DNA of 64,000 nt, taken from assembly GCA_963771045.1 (NCBI GenBank), contig CAVYRW010000004.1, forward strand, positions 1,760,001 to 1,824,000, written 5' to 3'. Positions 27,658 through 37,029 of this stretch are shown here, in pieces. Every line of letters begins with the position of its first letter. Positions within the stretch are counted from its first letter, which is position 1. Origin of the DNA: Waddliaceae bacterium (GTDB lineage Bacteria > Chlamydiota > Chlamydiia > Chlamydiales > SLFE01). The position numbers and the translations under genes are program-made. Below the pieces are notes generated by a model. The model was not told the DNA's origin. It did not search any database and saw only the letters and a program-made list of their open reading frames with translations.

Positions 27658-30513
27658 ATGAAGATTTTTTTGATCATCGCCATACTCTTTGTTTCCTCCA
27701 GCCTGGCGTCTTACGAAATCATCAAGGATGAAAACCATCTGCCTCCGCCTGTCTCATCCGAGGCTAAAACCCTTAAGATCAGACTAAAAAACGGCCTGGA
27801 AGCCTACCTCATTTCCGATCCGCGCGCCAAAAAATCGGCCGCCATTTTGTCTGTCAATGTCGGAAGCTGGCAGGATCCGAAAGCGCACCCGGGACTGGCC
27901 CACTTTCTTGAGCATATGCTCTTTATGGGAACAAAAAAATATCCTCAGGAAGCCGGATTTTCCGAGTTTATCAAAACCCATGGAGGACAAAACAACGCCT
28001 TCACCGAAGACCAGTACACCTCTTATGTCTTTGACGTGGACACCTCGGCCTTTTCCGAAGCGCTAGACCGCTTTTCCCAATTTTTTATCTCGCCCCTCTT
28101 CAAATCTTCGGCCCTCAAACGGGAGGTCCACGCCGTGGAGCAGGAGTTTGCCGGGAAGAGCCAGCTGAATATAGCGCGAAGGCTCATGATCTATAAAAAG
28201 TACGGATATGCCGGCCATCCTTTTAAACGCTTCAATTTCGGCAATGCCGAATCTCTTAAAGGAGCCGAGCAGAAAGAGCTTCAGGAGTGGTTTAACAAAT
28301 ATTACAGCGCTAATCAAATGCGCCTTGTAGCGGTCTCGCCGCTCCCCCTTGACGAACTTGCCTCCCTCATCGACAAATATTTCTCCCCCATCGAAAACAA
28401 ACACACTGTGAAGCCGGAGTATTTGACTCCTCTTCTCTCACAGGACCTGAAGGGGAAGATGCTCTTTGTCGAGCCGCTGGAAGACAAACGTTCGCTAATG
28501 CTGCTTTGGGAACTGCCTTCAAGATTCGCTAAGTCTCTGGAAACGAAGCCCCAGGATTTTCTCTGCTGGATATTGGGCCAGGAAGGCAAAAACAGCCTGC
28601 TCGGAGAATTGCGCAAACAGGGGCTGGCTCTGGAACTTGACTGCGGGGCCACTCAATGGGACGGGGATAATATGATCTTTATGCTCGGTTTGGAGCTGAC
28701 TGACAAAGGAGTGCGGAATGTCAATGATGTGGTCGGCCAAATTTACGAGACCTTCGCCACAATCAAAGACATGGGAGTCCCCCGCTATATCTTTAATGAT
28801 ATGAACGCCATAGAAACTCTTGAATACCTATATCCCGAAAACGATACACCTTTTAAGGAAGTCATCAGCCAGTCGAAAAAGATGCGGCTGGAAAATCTGG
28901 CAAGTTATCCGGAAAAAACGACAATCATAGAAAAATTCGATCCACAGATGGTCCGGCAGCTTCTGCACCATTTAACACCTCAAAATATGACCATGGACCT
29001 TCTGGCAAGTCCCTCGCTCACCCATGTCATCTTTAAGCAAACGGAAAAGTGGATGGGGACGAAATATACAATAAAGAGCATCCCGAAAGATCTCATGGAA
29101 AAGTGGAGCGAAGCAAATGATCATCCGACGGTAAAAATTCCTCCTCCCAATCCCTACATCCCAAAAAACCTGGCTTTGCAAAAGAAAGAAAGCCGAAAGG
29201 TCATTGAAAATGAAAAGGGCAAACTCTACCTCATACCCGGCAACTACTACAAGGTTCCCAAAACCAGCTGGACGATACTTGTCAAAACTCCCGCCATAAA
29301 TGCCGGCAGGCCCGAATCGATTGTACTGGCCGATCTTTGGATTAGAAGCATAAAAAAGACGCTTTCCCCGTACAGCTTCGAGGCCGAGCTCGCCGGGCTC
29401 GATTACGATATCGACCTTGAAGACAACGGAATCAAAATCACCCTGAACGGGTATAGCGAAAACGCCCCCCGCCTGCTAAAAGACATTCTGGCAGCAGTCG
29501 CAAAACTCGATCTTGATGAAGAGAAATTCCAAGAATATAAAAAAGCGCTCCAGCAGCACTATCGCAATTACGATTTCAAATCCCCCTATTTGCAAGGACT
29601 GGACCTGATCAAGGAGATCATCTATAAACGCTTCACATCTTTTGTCGAAAAACAAATCGCTGCCGAAGCCCTCACTTATGACAGTTTCAAAAAGTTTTCC
29701 CAAAACATTTTTGATCAAACATATATCGAAGCGGTCTTTTACGGAAATATCGAACTCGATTCTTCGAAAAAAGTCTGGGAAAATCTGTTAGCCCTATCGC
29801 CTGCTCCTTATCCGGAAAAGGACCGTCTCGAAAAAGAGGTCGGAATCCTTCCTGAGGATTCGGGACCGTATTATCTCGAAAAAACGATCAATACAAAAGG
29901 AAACGCTCTGATTCTTCTGATCGAAAACCCCGATTTTTCGTTCAAAAACTACGGAGCTCAAGAAATTCTCTCTGAAATGATGAGCACTCCCTTTTTCGAT
30001 GAACTCAGGACCAAGCAGCAAACCGCCTACATTATCGGGAACCTGGAAGAAGAGATACAAAAAGTTTTCTTCCAGTTTTTCGTTTTGGAATCCTACTCCT
30101 ACGACCCGCGCGACTTGCTGGCCCGCCTGGAGCTATTTATCGAAGTGTTCGCCCACTCGCTGAATCATAAGAAAGACACAAAAGAAAAATTCGAATCGAC
30201 AAAAGGATCTCTGATCAACAAACTGAAAAACCCTCCCGAAAATCTGAAGGAAAAAGGAAAGCAGCTTGCCGAAATCGTTTTTAAACACGAAGCCGATTTT
30301 GACTGGATTCAAAAACGGATTGAAGGGCTTCAATCCTTAAGCTTTGAAGAATTTATTGACTACGCAGAAAAAACCCTCTCCAAAAACAATAAAAGACGGC
30401 TTGCTGCTTTGATGGAAGGACACGAAAACAACCTCATATTGCAATATACCGAAGCCAAAAGCCCTGCCTTCCTTCGCGGAAAAACAAACTATATTCCGGA
30501 CGAAAAGCAATGA
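27658..30513 (+). CDS. ptr: M16A insulinase/pitrilysin-family protease, secreted
   Basis: Signal peptide; GLAHFLEHMLFMGT (HxxEH); FFDELRTKQQTAY. Confidence 0.9.
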   Translation: MKIFLIIAILFVSSSLASYEIIKDENHLPPPVSSEAKTLKIRLKNGLEAYLISDPRAKKSAAILSVNVGSWQDPKAHPGLAHFLEHMLFMGTKKYPQEAGFSEFIKTHGGQNNAFTEDQYTSYVFDVDTSAFSEALDRFSQFFISPLFKSSALKREVHAVEQEFAGKSQLNIARRLMIYKKYGYAGHPFKRFNFGNAESLKGAEQKELQEWFNKYYSANQMRLVAVSPLPLDELASLIDKYFSPIENKHTVKPEYLTPLLSQDLKGKMLFVEPLEDKRSLMLLWELPSRFAKSLETKPQDFLCWILGQEGKNSLLGELRKQGLALELDCGATQWDGDNMIFMLGLELTDKGVRNVNDVVGQIYETFATIKDMGVPRYIFNDMNAIETLEYLYPENDTPFKEVISQSKKMRLENLASYPEKTTIIEKFDPQMVRQLLHHLTPQNMTMDLLASPSLTHVIFKQTEKWMGTKYTIKSIPKDLMEKWSEANDHPTVKIPPPNPYIPKNLALQKKESRKVIENEKGKLYLIPGNYYKVPKTSWTILVKTPAINAGRPESIVLADLWIRSIKKTLSPYSFEAELAGLDYDIDLEDNGIKITLNGYSENAPRLLKDILAAVAKLDLDEEKFQEYKKALQQHYRNYDFKSPYLQGLDLIKEIIYKRFTSFVEKQIAAEALTYDSFKKFSQNIFDQTYIEAVFYGNIELDSSKKVWENLLALSPAPYPEKDRLEKEVGILPEDSGPYYLEKTINTKGNALILLIENPDFSFKNYGAQEILSEMMSTPFFDELRTKQQTAYIIGNLEEEIQKVFFQFFVLESYSYDPRDLLARLELFIEVFAHSLNHKKDTKEKFESTKGSLINKLKNPPENLKEKGKQLAEIVFKHEADFDWIQKRIEGLQSLSFEEFIDYAEKTLSKNNKRRLAALMEGHENNLILQYTEAKSPAFLRGKTNYIPDEKQ

Positions 30514-31769
30514 TTGCGCTGGCGACGTTTATTGTCTGTTATGTTTTCTTTGTCCTCATCGGAAGGAAAAGATCCACAGTCGCTCTGCTCGGCGCGTTAG
30601 TTTTGCTCTTTACAGGAACCATTTCCCCATTCAACGCGCTAAACTATGTTCAGTGGAATGTCATCGGACTTTTTTTCGGCACCCTGATACTCGCCGAACT
30701 TTTTATGCAATCCCATATGCCGGCAGTGATGGCCGAATGGGTTGTCGACAAGACAAAGACGGTAAGAGGAGCGATCATTGCGGTCACGGCCCTGTCAAGC
30801 GCCCTGTCGATCTTTGTTGAAAATGTCGCAGTTGTTCTCATTATTGCTCCGGTTACTTTAAAACTTTGCGAAAAAATTCAACTATCTCCCATCAAACCTC
30901 TCATCTTTCTTGCGATTTTCTCGAATATTCAAGGGACCGCAACATTGATCGGCGACCCTCCCAGCATGATCCTTGCAGGCTATCTCAAGATGAACTTTAC
31001 CGATTTTTTCATCTATAAGGAAAAGATTGGTATTTTCTTTTTTGTTCAGGCAGGAGCGCTTGCCGCTCTTTTGCTCGCCTGCTGGCTGATGCGCCGCCAC
31101 ACTGAAAAAACTAAAATTATCACCATTGAAAAAGCCCGCTCGTTCATTCCCTCCCTCTTACTGATTCTGCTTGTCATCCTCCTTTCATTTGCTTCGTTGA
31201 TCGATCCCGATTTTCTCTGGTTTGCGGGCACAGCGTCAATGACGCTGGCCGCTATCGGACTCATCTGGTATGAACTCGGACCTAGGTGGACCTCCGTCAA
31301 AGATCTGATAATTCAACTTGACTTTGAGACGACAATTTTTCTGATCGGCGTATTCATCCTTGTGGGGGCGCTTATCGACGCCGGCTGGATCTCGGCTCTC
31401 TCTCACGGCATATCCGCCTACCTTTCCGGACACATCCTCTGGACCTATGTACTTATTATCGCGTTTTCGGTAGCGATATCCGCCTTTGTCGACAATGTTC
31501 CCTATCTGCTTGCGATGATCCCTGTCGTGCAGAATGTCGCCTCCGATATCGGCGCACCGCTGCCTCTCCTGATGTTTGCGCTTCTCATCGGTTCATGCCT
31601 GGGAGGCAACATAACACCCATCGGCGCTTCTGCCAACATCGTCGCAATGGGTATGCTCAGAAAACATGGCCACGTTGTTACATTCAATACCTTCACCCGT
31701 CTTGGCCTTATCCTGACGTCCGCTGCAGTGATTGCCTCAAGTATTTTCCTCTGGTTTATCTGGGCTTGA
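30510..31769 (+). CDS. ArsB/NhaD/CitMHS-superfamily ion permease
   Basis: Many TM helices; SNIQGTATLIGDPP, SAFVDNVP, LGGNITPIGASAN. Confidence 0.85.
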   Translation: MIALATFIVCYVFFVLIGRKRSTVALLGALVLLFTGTISPFNALNYVQWNVIGLFFGTLILAELFMQSHMPAVMAEWVVDKTKTVRGAIIAVTALSSALSIFVENVAVVLIIAPVTLKLCEKIQLSPIKPLIFLAIFSNIQGTATLIGDPPSMILAGYLKMNFTDFFIYKEKIGIFFFVQAGALAALLLACWLMRRHTEKTKIITIEKARSFIPSLLLILLVILLSFASLIDPDFLWFAGTASMTLAAIGLIWYELGPRWTSVKDLIIQLDFETTIFLIGVFILVGALIDAGWISALSHGISAYLSGHILWTYVLIIAFSVAISAFVDNVPYLLAMIPVVQNVASDIGAPLPLLMFALLIGSCLGGNITPIGASANIVAMGMLRKHGHVVTFNTFTRLGLILTSAAVIASSIFLWFIWA

Positions 31770-33159
31770 AGCAAGTATAAAATGCAGAATAACTTTTAAA
31801 TAAGCGATTGTAGTAGCAAAGGGTTAAATTTGGGTGCTTACTAAATAACTGCTTAACTTGCCTAAAAGATATCTTTCTACGTTCAAGATCAAGAAAGTCT
31901 AGTTTAGGAAAAGCCTCGGCGATTTCCAGAAGAACTTTGGTTGAAAGGTAGTGGTAATTCACCAGTCGAATAATTGGCGGATTTTCAGTCCCTGCAATCG
32001 CCTCAGACAGACTGCTCATCTTAATCTCTGTTGCCAAAATATTATTGATATTCAATTTCAAGACCTTCAATGAGGGCTGATTAAAAAGACTGGTCCACCC
32101 CTCCATCGACACTTGAGACACGGGACTGCAAACCAGGATCCTAAGATTTGGACAAAGTTTTCTAATAAGACTGAGCATATCATCTGTGAACCAAGCGGCT
32201 CTTCCGACATCCAGGGAATGAATTGAAAACAAGGGATCGATATAGGCCAAAGTTTTGAGATTATCGATAGTCGGTGAACGCCGATAAGCTACCAAAAGCC
32301 TGCGATTATTCTCCTTAATCTTCAAAAGTGAACTATTCTCAATGAGCCATTCAATGGCAAGCCAGGCTAAAGATTTCGGTAAAATGAGTGTCTGACAGAG
32401 GGATAAAAACTGCACAGCCCCCTTTTCTTTCACACTATCAAAATTGGGTTTGAAGTTATATTCAACAAAACTGTGTATCAGCCCGAAGACCTTGGGATCG
32501 GCGCCAGGCAAATCAAAATGGCTGATTTCCCTCTCTTGACCCAAAAATATTCGGCATTGATCCTGCAGAAGAATCCGATGGAACTCAAAATCAGCTGATC
32601 CAACCTGAACCTTAACTTTGTCCGGATTATCAAATACTTGGCAGCTTGCCTTGGCAATGGCCCTTAGCATCCTAAGCGAATACTTTCCCTCACCGGCAAA
32701 ATTCTCAATTCCTTGATAAACCTGCCTTAAAGAACCCGTATATAGTTCATTTCCTCTCCGGCTGCCATAGAGAAAAACAGCTGCCAATTCCATGGGGTCT
32801 TCTATCGAATCGGGCTTTTGGATTTTTTCCAGCAGCAATGTCTCAAACAGATTGTGATTTTTTTCAATGAGATGATCGAGATCCTTTTGTAAGGTTAAGC
32901 AGCTGTTTCTTAAAGACTTGTATTCTCTGACAGACTTGAAATCAAGGCACTTAAATATTTGAAAGATTAAAAGGCACCTCGGACTAGCCTCCCTATTGAG
33001 ACACCAAACATGATCCTTTATGTTCCTAAGCCCATAGATGTTTCTTTTACAGATCTGAAGGGAAATATTGACGCTCCAATCAGGATCGTATTGATCGCAC
33101 TTTTCCCTGAGTAAATCCAGCTCATTGCGCTTTCGCTCAATTATCATAAGATTTAACAA
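31756..33159 (-). CDS. Hypothetical protein with BTB/POZ-like and LRR-like regions (candidate effector)
   Basis: VQVGSADFEFHRILL...FDLPGADPKVFGLIHSFV; FTDDMLSLIRKLCPNLRIL; LLEIAEAFPKLDFLDL. Confidence 0.55.
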   Translation of the reverse strand: MLNLMIIERKRNELDLLREKCDQYDPDWSVNISLQICKRNIYGLRNIKDHVWCLNREASPRCLLIFQIFKCLDFKSVREYKSLRNSCLTLQKDLDHLIEKNHNLFETLLLEKIQKPDSIEDPMELAAVFLYGSRRGNELYTGSLRQVYQGIENFAGEGKYSLRMLRAIAKASCQVFDNPDKVKVQVGSADFEFHRILLQDQCRIFLGQEREISHFDLPGADPKVFGLIHSFVEYNFKPNFDSVKEKGAVQFLSLCQTLILPKSLAWLAIEWLIENSSLLKIKENNRRLLVAYRRSPTIDNLKTLAYIDPLFSIHSLDVGRAAWFTDDMLSLIRKLCPNLRILVCSPVSQVSMEGWTSLFNQPSLKVLKLNINNILATEIKMSSLSEAIAGTENPPIIRLVNYHYLSTKVLLEIAEAFPKLDFLDLERRKISFRQVKQLFSKHPNLTLCYYNRLFKSYSAFYTCFKPR

Positions 33160-33168
33160 TACCAGGTT

Positions 33169-34152
33169 TTAAAAATGGCGGCCAATGACGAGTCCGCCGC
33201 CGTAGCGAAACGAGTTCTTCTTGGTGATGCGCGCGGGCCCGTCATCGTCTTCACGGGGATTGTAAATCCCCGGAACATAACTCAGATAATCGACAAGCGC
33301 CTCGGCGCCAATATGATATTCGCACCACTGCCAAAGAATCGCACCGCGAAGCCCCCCTTGATAGGCCACTTCACAAACGCTCTTTTTATCCAGATAAATC
33401 GTAGGAAAGCCGATCTGCCCCCAATTCTGCACGCCGTCAATTTCCGTACAGGCTCGGTAGATACCGAAAAAAGGGGCCGCCGTGAAAACCCAGAATTGAC
33501 AAAACCTCTTGGAAATCCCCAGCTCTAAATTGACGCCGTGATAAGTGGTATCCAGCGTCTCGTGAATGGTTCCGTTATCTAAATCGGCGAGGGCAAAATT
33601 GACAAGCTGACTCTCAAACGTCTGATTCTGGCTGATGAAGCCATAGCCAATAGCGGGATAAAGGGTGATGCCGTCGCACCAAGAGTATGTGGTGGCAATT
33701 AGAGCGCTCGCGTGAATCTCCTCATTGCAAAAATGAAAATAATTGGTTTGCTCCTCGGGAATCGTCCCACCGATGCCTCCTCCATTAATCGCAAATAATT
33801 GTATGAGCCCGTTTCCATCTATGTTTTTTTTCTCTTTAAAACCGCAATTAAAATAAGACACAGTCCCAATCACTCTGACAGGATCGCAGCGTTTGAAGGG
33901 ACGCCCGCACCATCCGACAGCCCCGCTCCACTGTGTCGCCAAACAATTCGTGTCCCACTGGACAGCTGACGTATCATAGGGATCTACAAGCCCGTAAAAA
34001 CCCGCCTCAGGGTTTTCAACCAAGATCCCTTCAACAGCTCCATCGACAAAAAACCCGCATTCAGTATAGGGGTAATAGAGAGGGAGAGATTCAAGGTTTC
34101 CGAATACCACGCATCCGATAAAGGCCGGAATGGAAAAAAAAAGCGATTTCAT
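33169..34152 (-). CDS. Putative Cys-rich outer-membrane beta-barrel protein
   Basis: Signal-like N-terminus, alternating aromatic/Gly strands, C-terminal YGGGLVIGRHF. Confidence 0.6.
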   Translation of the reverse strand: MKSLFFSIPAFIGCVVFGNLESLPLYYPYTECGFFVDGAVEGILVENPEAGFYGLVDPYDTSAVQWDTNCLATQWSGAVGWCGRPFKRCDPVRVIGTVSYFNCGFKEKKNIDGNGLIQLFAINGGGIGGTIPEEQTNYFHFCNEEIHASALIATTYSWCDGITLYPAIGYGFISQNQTFESQLVNFALADLDNGTIHETLDTTYHGVNLELGISKRFCQFWVFTAAPFFGIYRACTEIDGVQNWGQIGFPTIYLDKKSVCEVAYQGGLRGAILWQWCEYHIGAEALVDYLSYVPGIYNPREDDDGPARITKKNSFRYGGGLVIGRHF

Positions 34153-34220
34153 TGTAAACTCCTGCTAATAACAAGTATCCCTTTATAATGCATATTGCTT
34201 TTTTACAGTAGGTCCTTTAA

Positions 34221-35027
34221 GTGAAGAAATTGTTTTTTTTGTCCCTTGTCCTCATCGCTTTTTCCGCCCATGCCTGGCTGAGCGAGCCTTCTTTGGAAAT
34301 GCAGCGTGCTGTCCGTCCCTATCTGCTGCCTGAAGACCATCCGGCCGCCGGAATTCTCGACGAACTCTTCGCCGCCACGAGAGTTACGGCGAAATTGAAT
34401 TCTTTAAAACAAGCCGGTTTTTACAACGTTGATTTAAGAAAACGGGGCATTGTTTTTGCCAGACACCCCAAACTTCCGGGCTATGTTCTAAAAATGGTCC
34501 TCGATTATACCGGCCATTCAAACGACAAGTGGATAGGATCTTTCCGCCTGCAGGACGAATATGTCGAATTTACAGGCCGGATCAAAAAGCGCAATGAAAT
34601 CCAACAGCATATTGACGACTATAACCTCAAAGCCTTCATCACCCCGAAAAAATGGATTTACCCGATTCCAACACACATCAACCCTCCCAAAAATCACAAG
34701 ATGATCAAAAAGTTTTATATTTTGATAGCCGAAGATATGGATATCGAACCTTTTACGATAACTGCAAAACTTTGGAAAACAGCCTTTAATAAAGAAATGG
34801 TCGATGACTACTTCTTTATCGCCACCAGCTTGAAATTACGCGACCTCGGCCCCCCCAACCAAAGCTTTACCAAGTCCGGCTTTCTGGCCTTCATCGACAC
34901 TAAGGACTGGCCGGAAGAGCTTTGGAATAATTTAAAGAGAGTTCCCAAATTTTTAAGCAAGGAAATGGGAGAGTATTGGAAGACTCTTCTCGAAAACGGC
35001 CTCCCCGAAGACAAGTATTCTCAATAA
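34221..35027 (+). CDS. Secreted hypothetical protein, possible atypical kinase fold
   Basis: MKKLFFLSLVLIAFSAHA signal; LPGYVLKM; LRDLGPPN...LAFIDT. Confidence 0.55.
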   Translation: MKKLFFLSLVLIAFSAHAWLSEPSLEMQRAVRPYLLPEDHPAAGILDELFAATRVTAKLNSLKQAGFYNVDLRKRGIVFARHPKLPGYVLKMVLDYTGHSNDKWIGSFRLQDEYVEFTGRIKKRNEIQQHIDDYNLKAFITPKKWIYPIPTHINPPKNHKMIKKFYILIAEDMDIEPFTITAKLWKTAFNKEMVDDYFFIATSLKLRDLGPPNQSFTKSGFLAFIDTKDWPEELWNNLKRVPKFLSKEMGEYWKTLLENGLPEDKYSQ

Positions 35028-35097
35028 TTTTAGAGCCGCTTGCAAAATTCCGGCAGATTGATTGCAAATAATCAGGGATTTAAGTATAATTTTTATT

Positions 35098-35394
35098 ATG
35101 TTGGAACAAGATAATTTCAAAAAAAAGCTTAACGAAATCAAGAGACAGGATGAGGCCTTCGAGAGAGAGAAAAAGAAGGTTTTTGAAGATCTCGGACTCA
35201 CACCCGCCCTCATTCATGAAGCGCTTAAAGATCCTTCGCAATATTCGGAAAGCGAGTGGAAGACTTTGCAATCACTAAAAAAAGACTTGCATGAGCAGCT
35301 CCGAATGAAGCTCGACAATATTCGCGATGCCGAAAAATCAAAGAAAAATCTCGAAAGCCTCAGCCTTCCCCCCTGGGCCCTCTTCTGCAAATAA
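35098..35394 (+). CDS. Small coiled-coil hypothetical protein
   Basis: Charged helical ORF filling the gap before proS; probable ATG at 35098. Confidence 0.55.
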   Translation: MLEQDNFKKKLNEIKRQDEAFEREKKKVFEDLGLTPALIHEALKDPSQYSESEWKTLQSLKKDLHEQLRMKLDNIRDAEKSKKNLESLSLPPWALFCK

Positions 35395-35409
35395 TCAAAG
35401 AGAATTCCT

Positions 35410-36939
35410 TTAGTAAGCCTTAGCAAAGATGGCGTCAAGCGTCGCCGGCCTGCCCGTCAGGATACACTTTCCTTCCGTGCCGCTCTGATCAAGGGGCAGG
35501 CAGCGGATCGTTACCTGAAATTCTTTGAGCGCCTCTTCGGTCGACTCATCTCCGCACCACTTGGCTTTGACAAAACCGCCGTGGATTTCGGGTTTGTTTT
35601 TATTTTTTGGAGTGAAGAACGCTTTAAGCTCGTCGAACGTCTCGATGTTGTCGCGAAGGTGCTGGTCGCGATAGGCCTTGGCCTGGTCAAAGTAAGATTG
35701 CTGCATCTCATCTAGCCAACCGACGAATTGCAAGGGGATTTGATCGATAGCCATGCTTTGTTTATTCTTGTGGTCTTGATCTCTTCTAGCAACCATAGCC
35801 TTTTGGTTTTCCATATCCCGAGGGCCAACTTCTATACGAAGGGGAACGCCTTTTTTGATCCATTCCCAATTCTTCTCGCCGCCGCGGATATCCCGTTTGT
35901 CGACGTTGACGATCACAGGCTGTCCATAGTAGTCAAGTTCTCTTAGAGATGACGCAAGTGCCTCGGCATAGGCGAAAACTTGCGACTCGAGCTCTTCGGA
36001 GGGAACCACTGGAATGATAACTGCGTGAGCGGGAGCGATGCGCGGAGGGAGGCGGAGGCCGTCGTCGTCGGAGTGCATCATCACAATGCCGCCGATCAGC
36101 CGGGTCGTCACACCCCACGATGTGGTGTAGGCGTATTCGAGATTCCCCTCTTTCGAAGTAAATTGAATATTAGAAGCTTTGGCAAAATTTTGTCCCAGGA
36201 AATGAGACGTTCCCGCTTGCAGGGCTTTGCGGTCTTGCATCATCGCTTCGAGGGTGAATGTGTTGTCGGCGCCGGGGAATCTTTCTCCAGAAGACTTTTC
36301 GCCAATGATAACCGGCATGGCCAGCCTCTCTTCTGCAAACTCGCGATACATCTCCAGAATCGACAGCGTCTCATTCATCGCTTCTTGTTTTGTCGCGTGT
36401 ACGGTATGACCTTCTTGCCACAAAAACTCAGTTGTTCGTAAAAAGATGCGGGGCCTCATTTCCCACCGGACAACATTGGCCCACTGATTGATAAGCAGAG
36501 GCAAATCGCGGTAAGACTCGACCCAACGTGAGTAACAGTCGCCGATAATCGTTTCGGATGTCGGACGGACGATTAGCGGCTCCTCCAGTTCGCCGCAGGG
36601 AACCAGCTTTCCGCCTCTCTCTTCAAGGCGGTGATGAGTCACGACGGCGCACTCTTTGGCAAACCCTTCGACATGCGAGGCTTCTCTTTCCAGAAAGCTG
36701 AGAGGAATAAACAGAGGAAAGTAGGCATTAACATGCCCCAGCCGCTTGATCTCCCGATCAAGACCTCCTTGAATATTTTCCCAAATCGAAAAACCCCAAG
36801 GCTTTATAATCATAGAACCTCTGACCGGAGAATTCTCAGCGAGATCTGCGAGCTTCACAACCTGCTGGTACCATTCGGGATAGTCTTCCTCTCTTCGAGG
36901 GGAAACGGCATTTTTGGGCTTTTTTTCGGTCATCTTCAT
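35410..36939 (-). CDS. proS: Prolyl-tRNA synthetase (archaeal/eukaryote-like type)
   Basis: YPEWYQQVV, VRPTSET, NQWANVVRWE, FLRTTEFLWQEGHT, QAGTSHFLGQNF, C-terminal FAKAY. Confidence 0.95.
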   Translation of the reverse strand: MKMTEKKPKNAVSPRREEDYPEWYQQVVKLADLAENSPVRGSMIIKPWGFSIWENIQGGLDREIKRLGHVNAYFPLFIPLSFLEREASHVEGFAKECAVVTHHRLEERGGKLVPCGELEEPLIVRPTSETIIGDCYSRWVESYRDLPLLINQWANVVRWEMRPRIFLRTTEFLWQEGHTVHATKQEAMNETLSILEMYREFAEERLAMPVIIGEKSSGERFPGADNTFTLEAMMQDRKALQAGTSHFLGQNFAKASNIQFTSKEGNLEYAYTTSWGVTTRLIGGIVMMHSDDDGLRLPPRIAPAHAVIIPVVPSEELESQVFAYAEALASSLRELDYYGQPVIVNVDKRDIRGGEKNWEWIKKGVPLRIEVGPRDMENQKAMVARRDQDHKNKQSMAIDQIPLQFVGWLDEMQQSYFDQAKAYRDQHLRDNIETFDELKAFFTPKNKNKPEIHGGFVKAKWCGDESTEEALKEFQVTIRCLPLDQSGTEGKCILTGRPATLDAIFAKAY

Positions 36940-37029
36940 ACGGTCCTTTAAAAGATTTTCAAGGATTGACTATAGCATATCGGCGAGTATTTGGACAGAT
37001 TATTTGCTAATAATGTATAAGCGTTTTAT

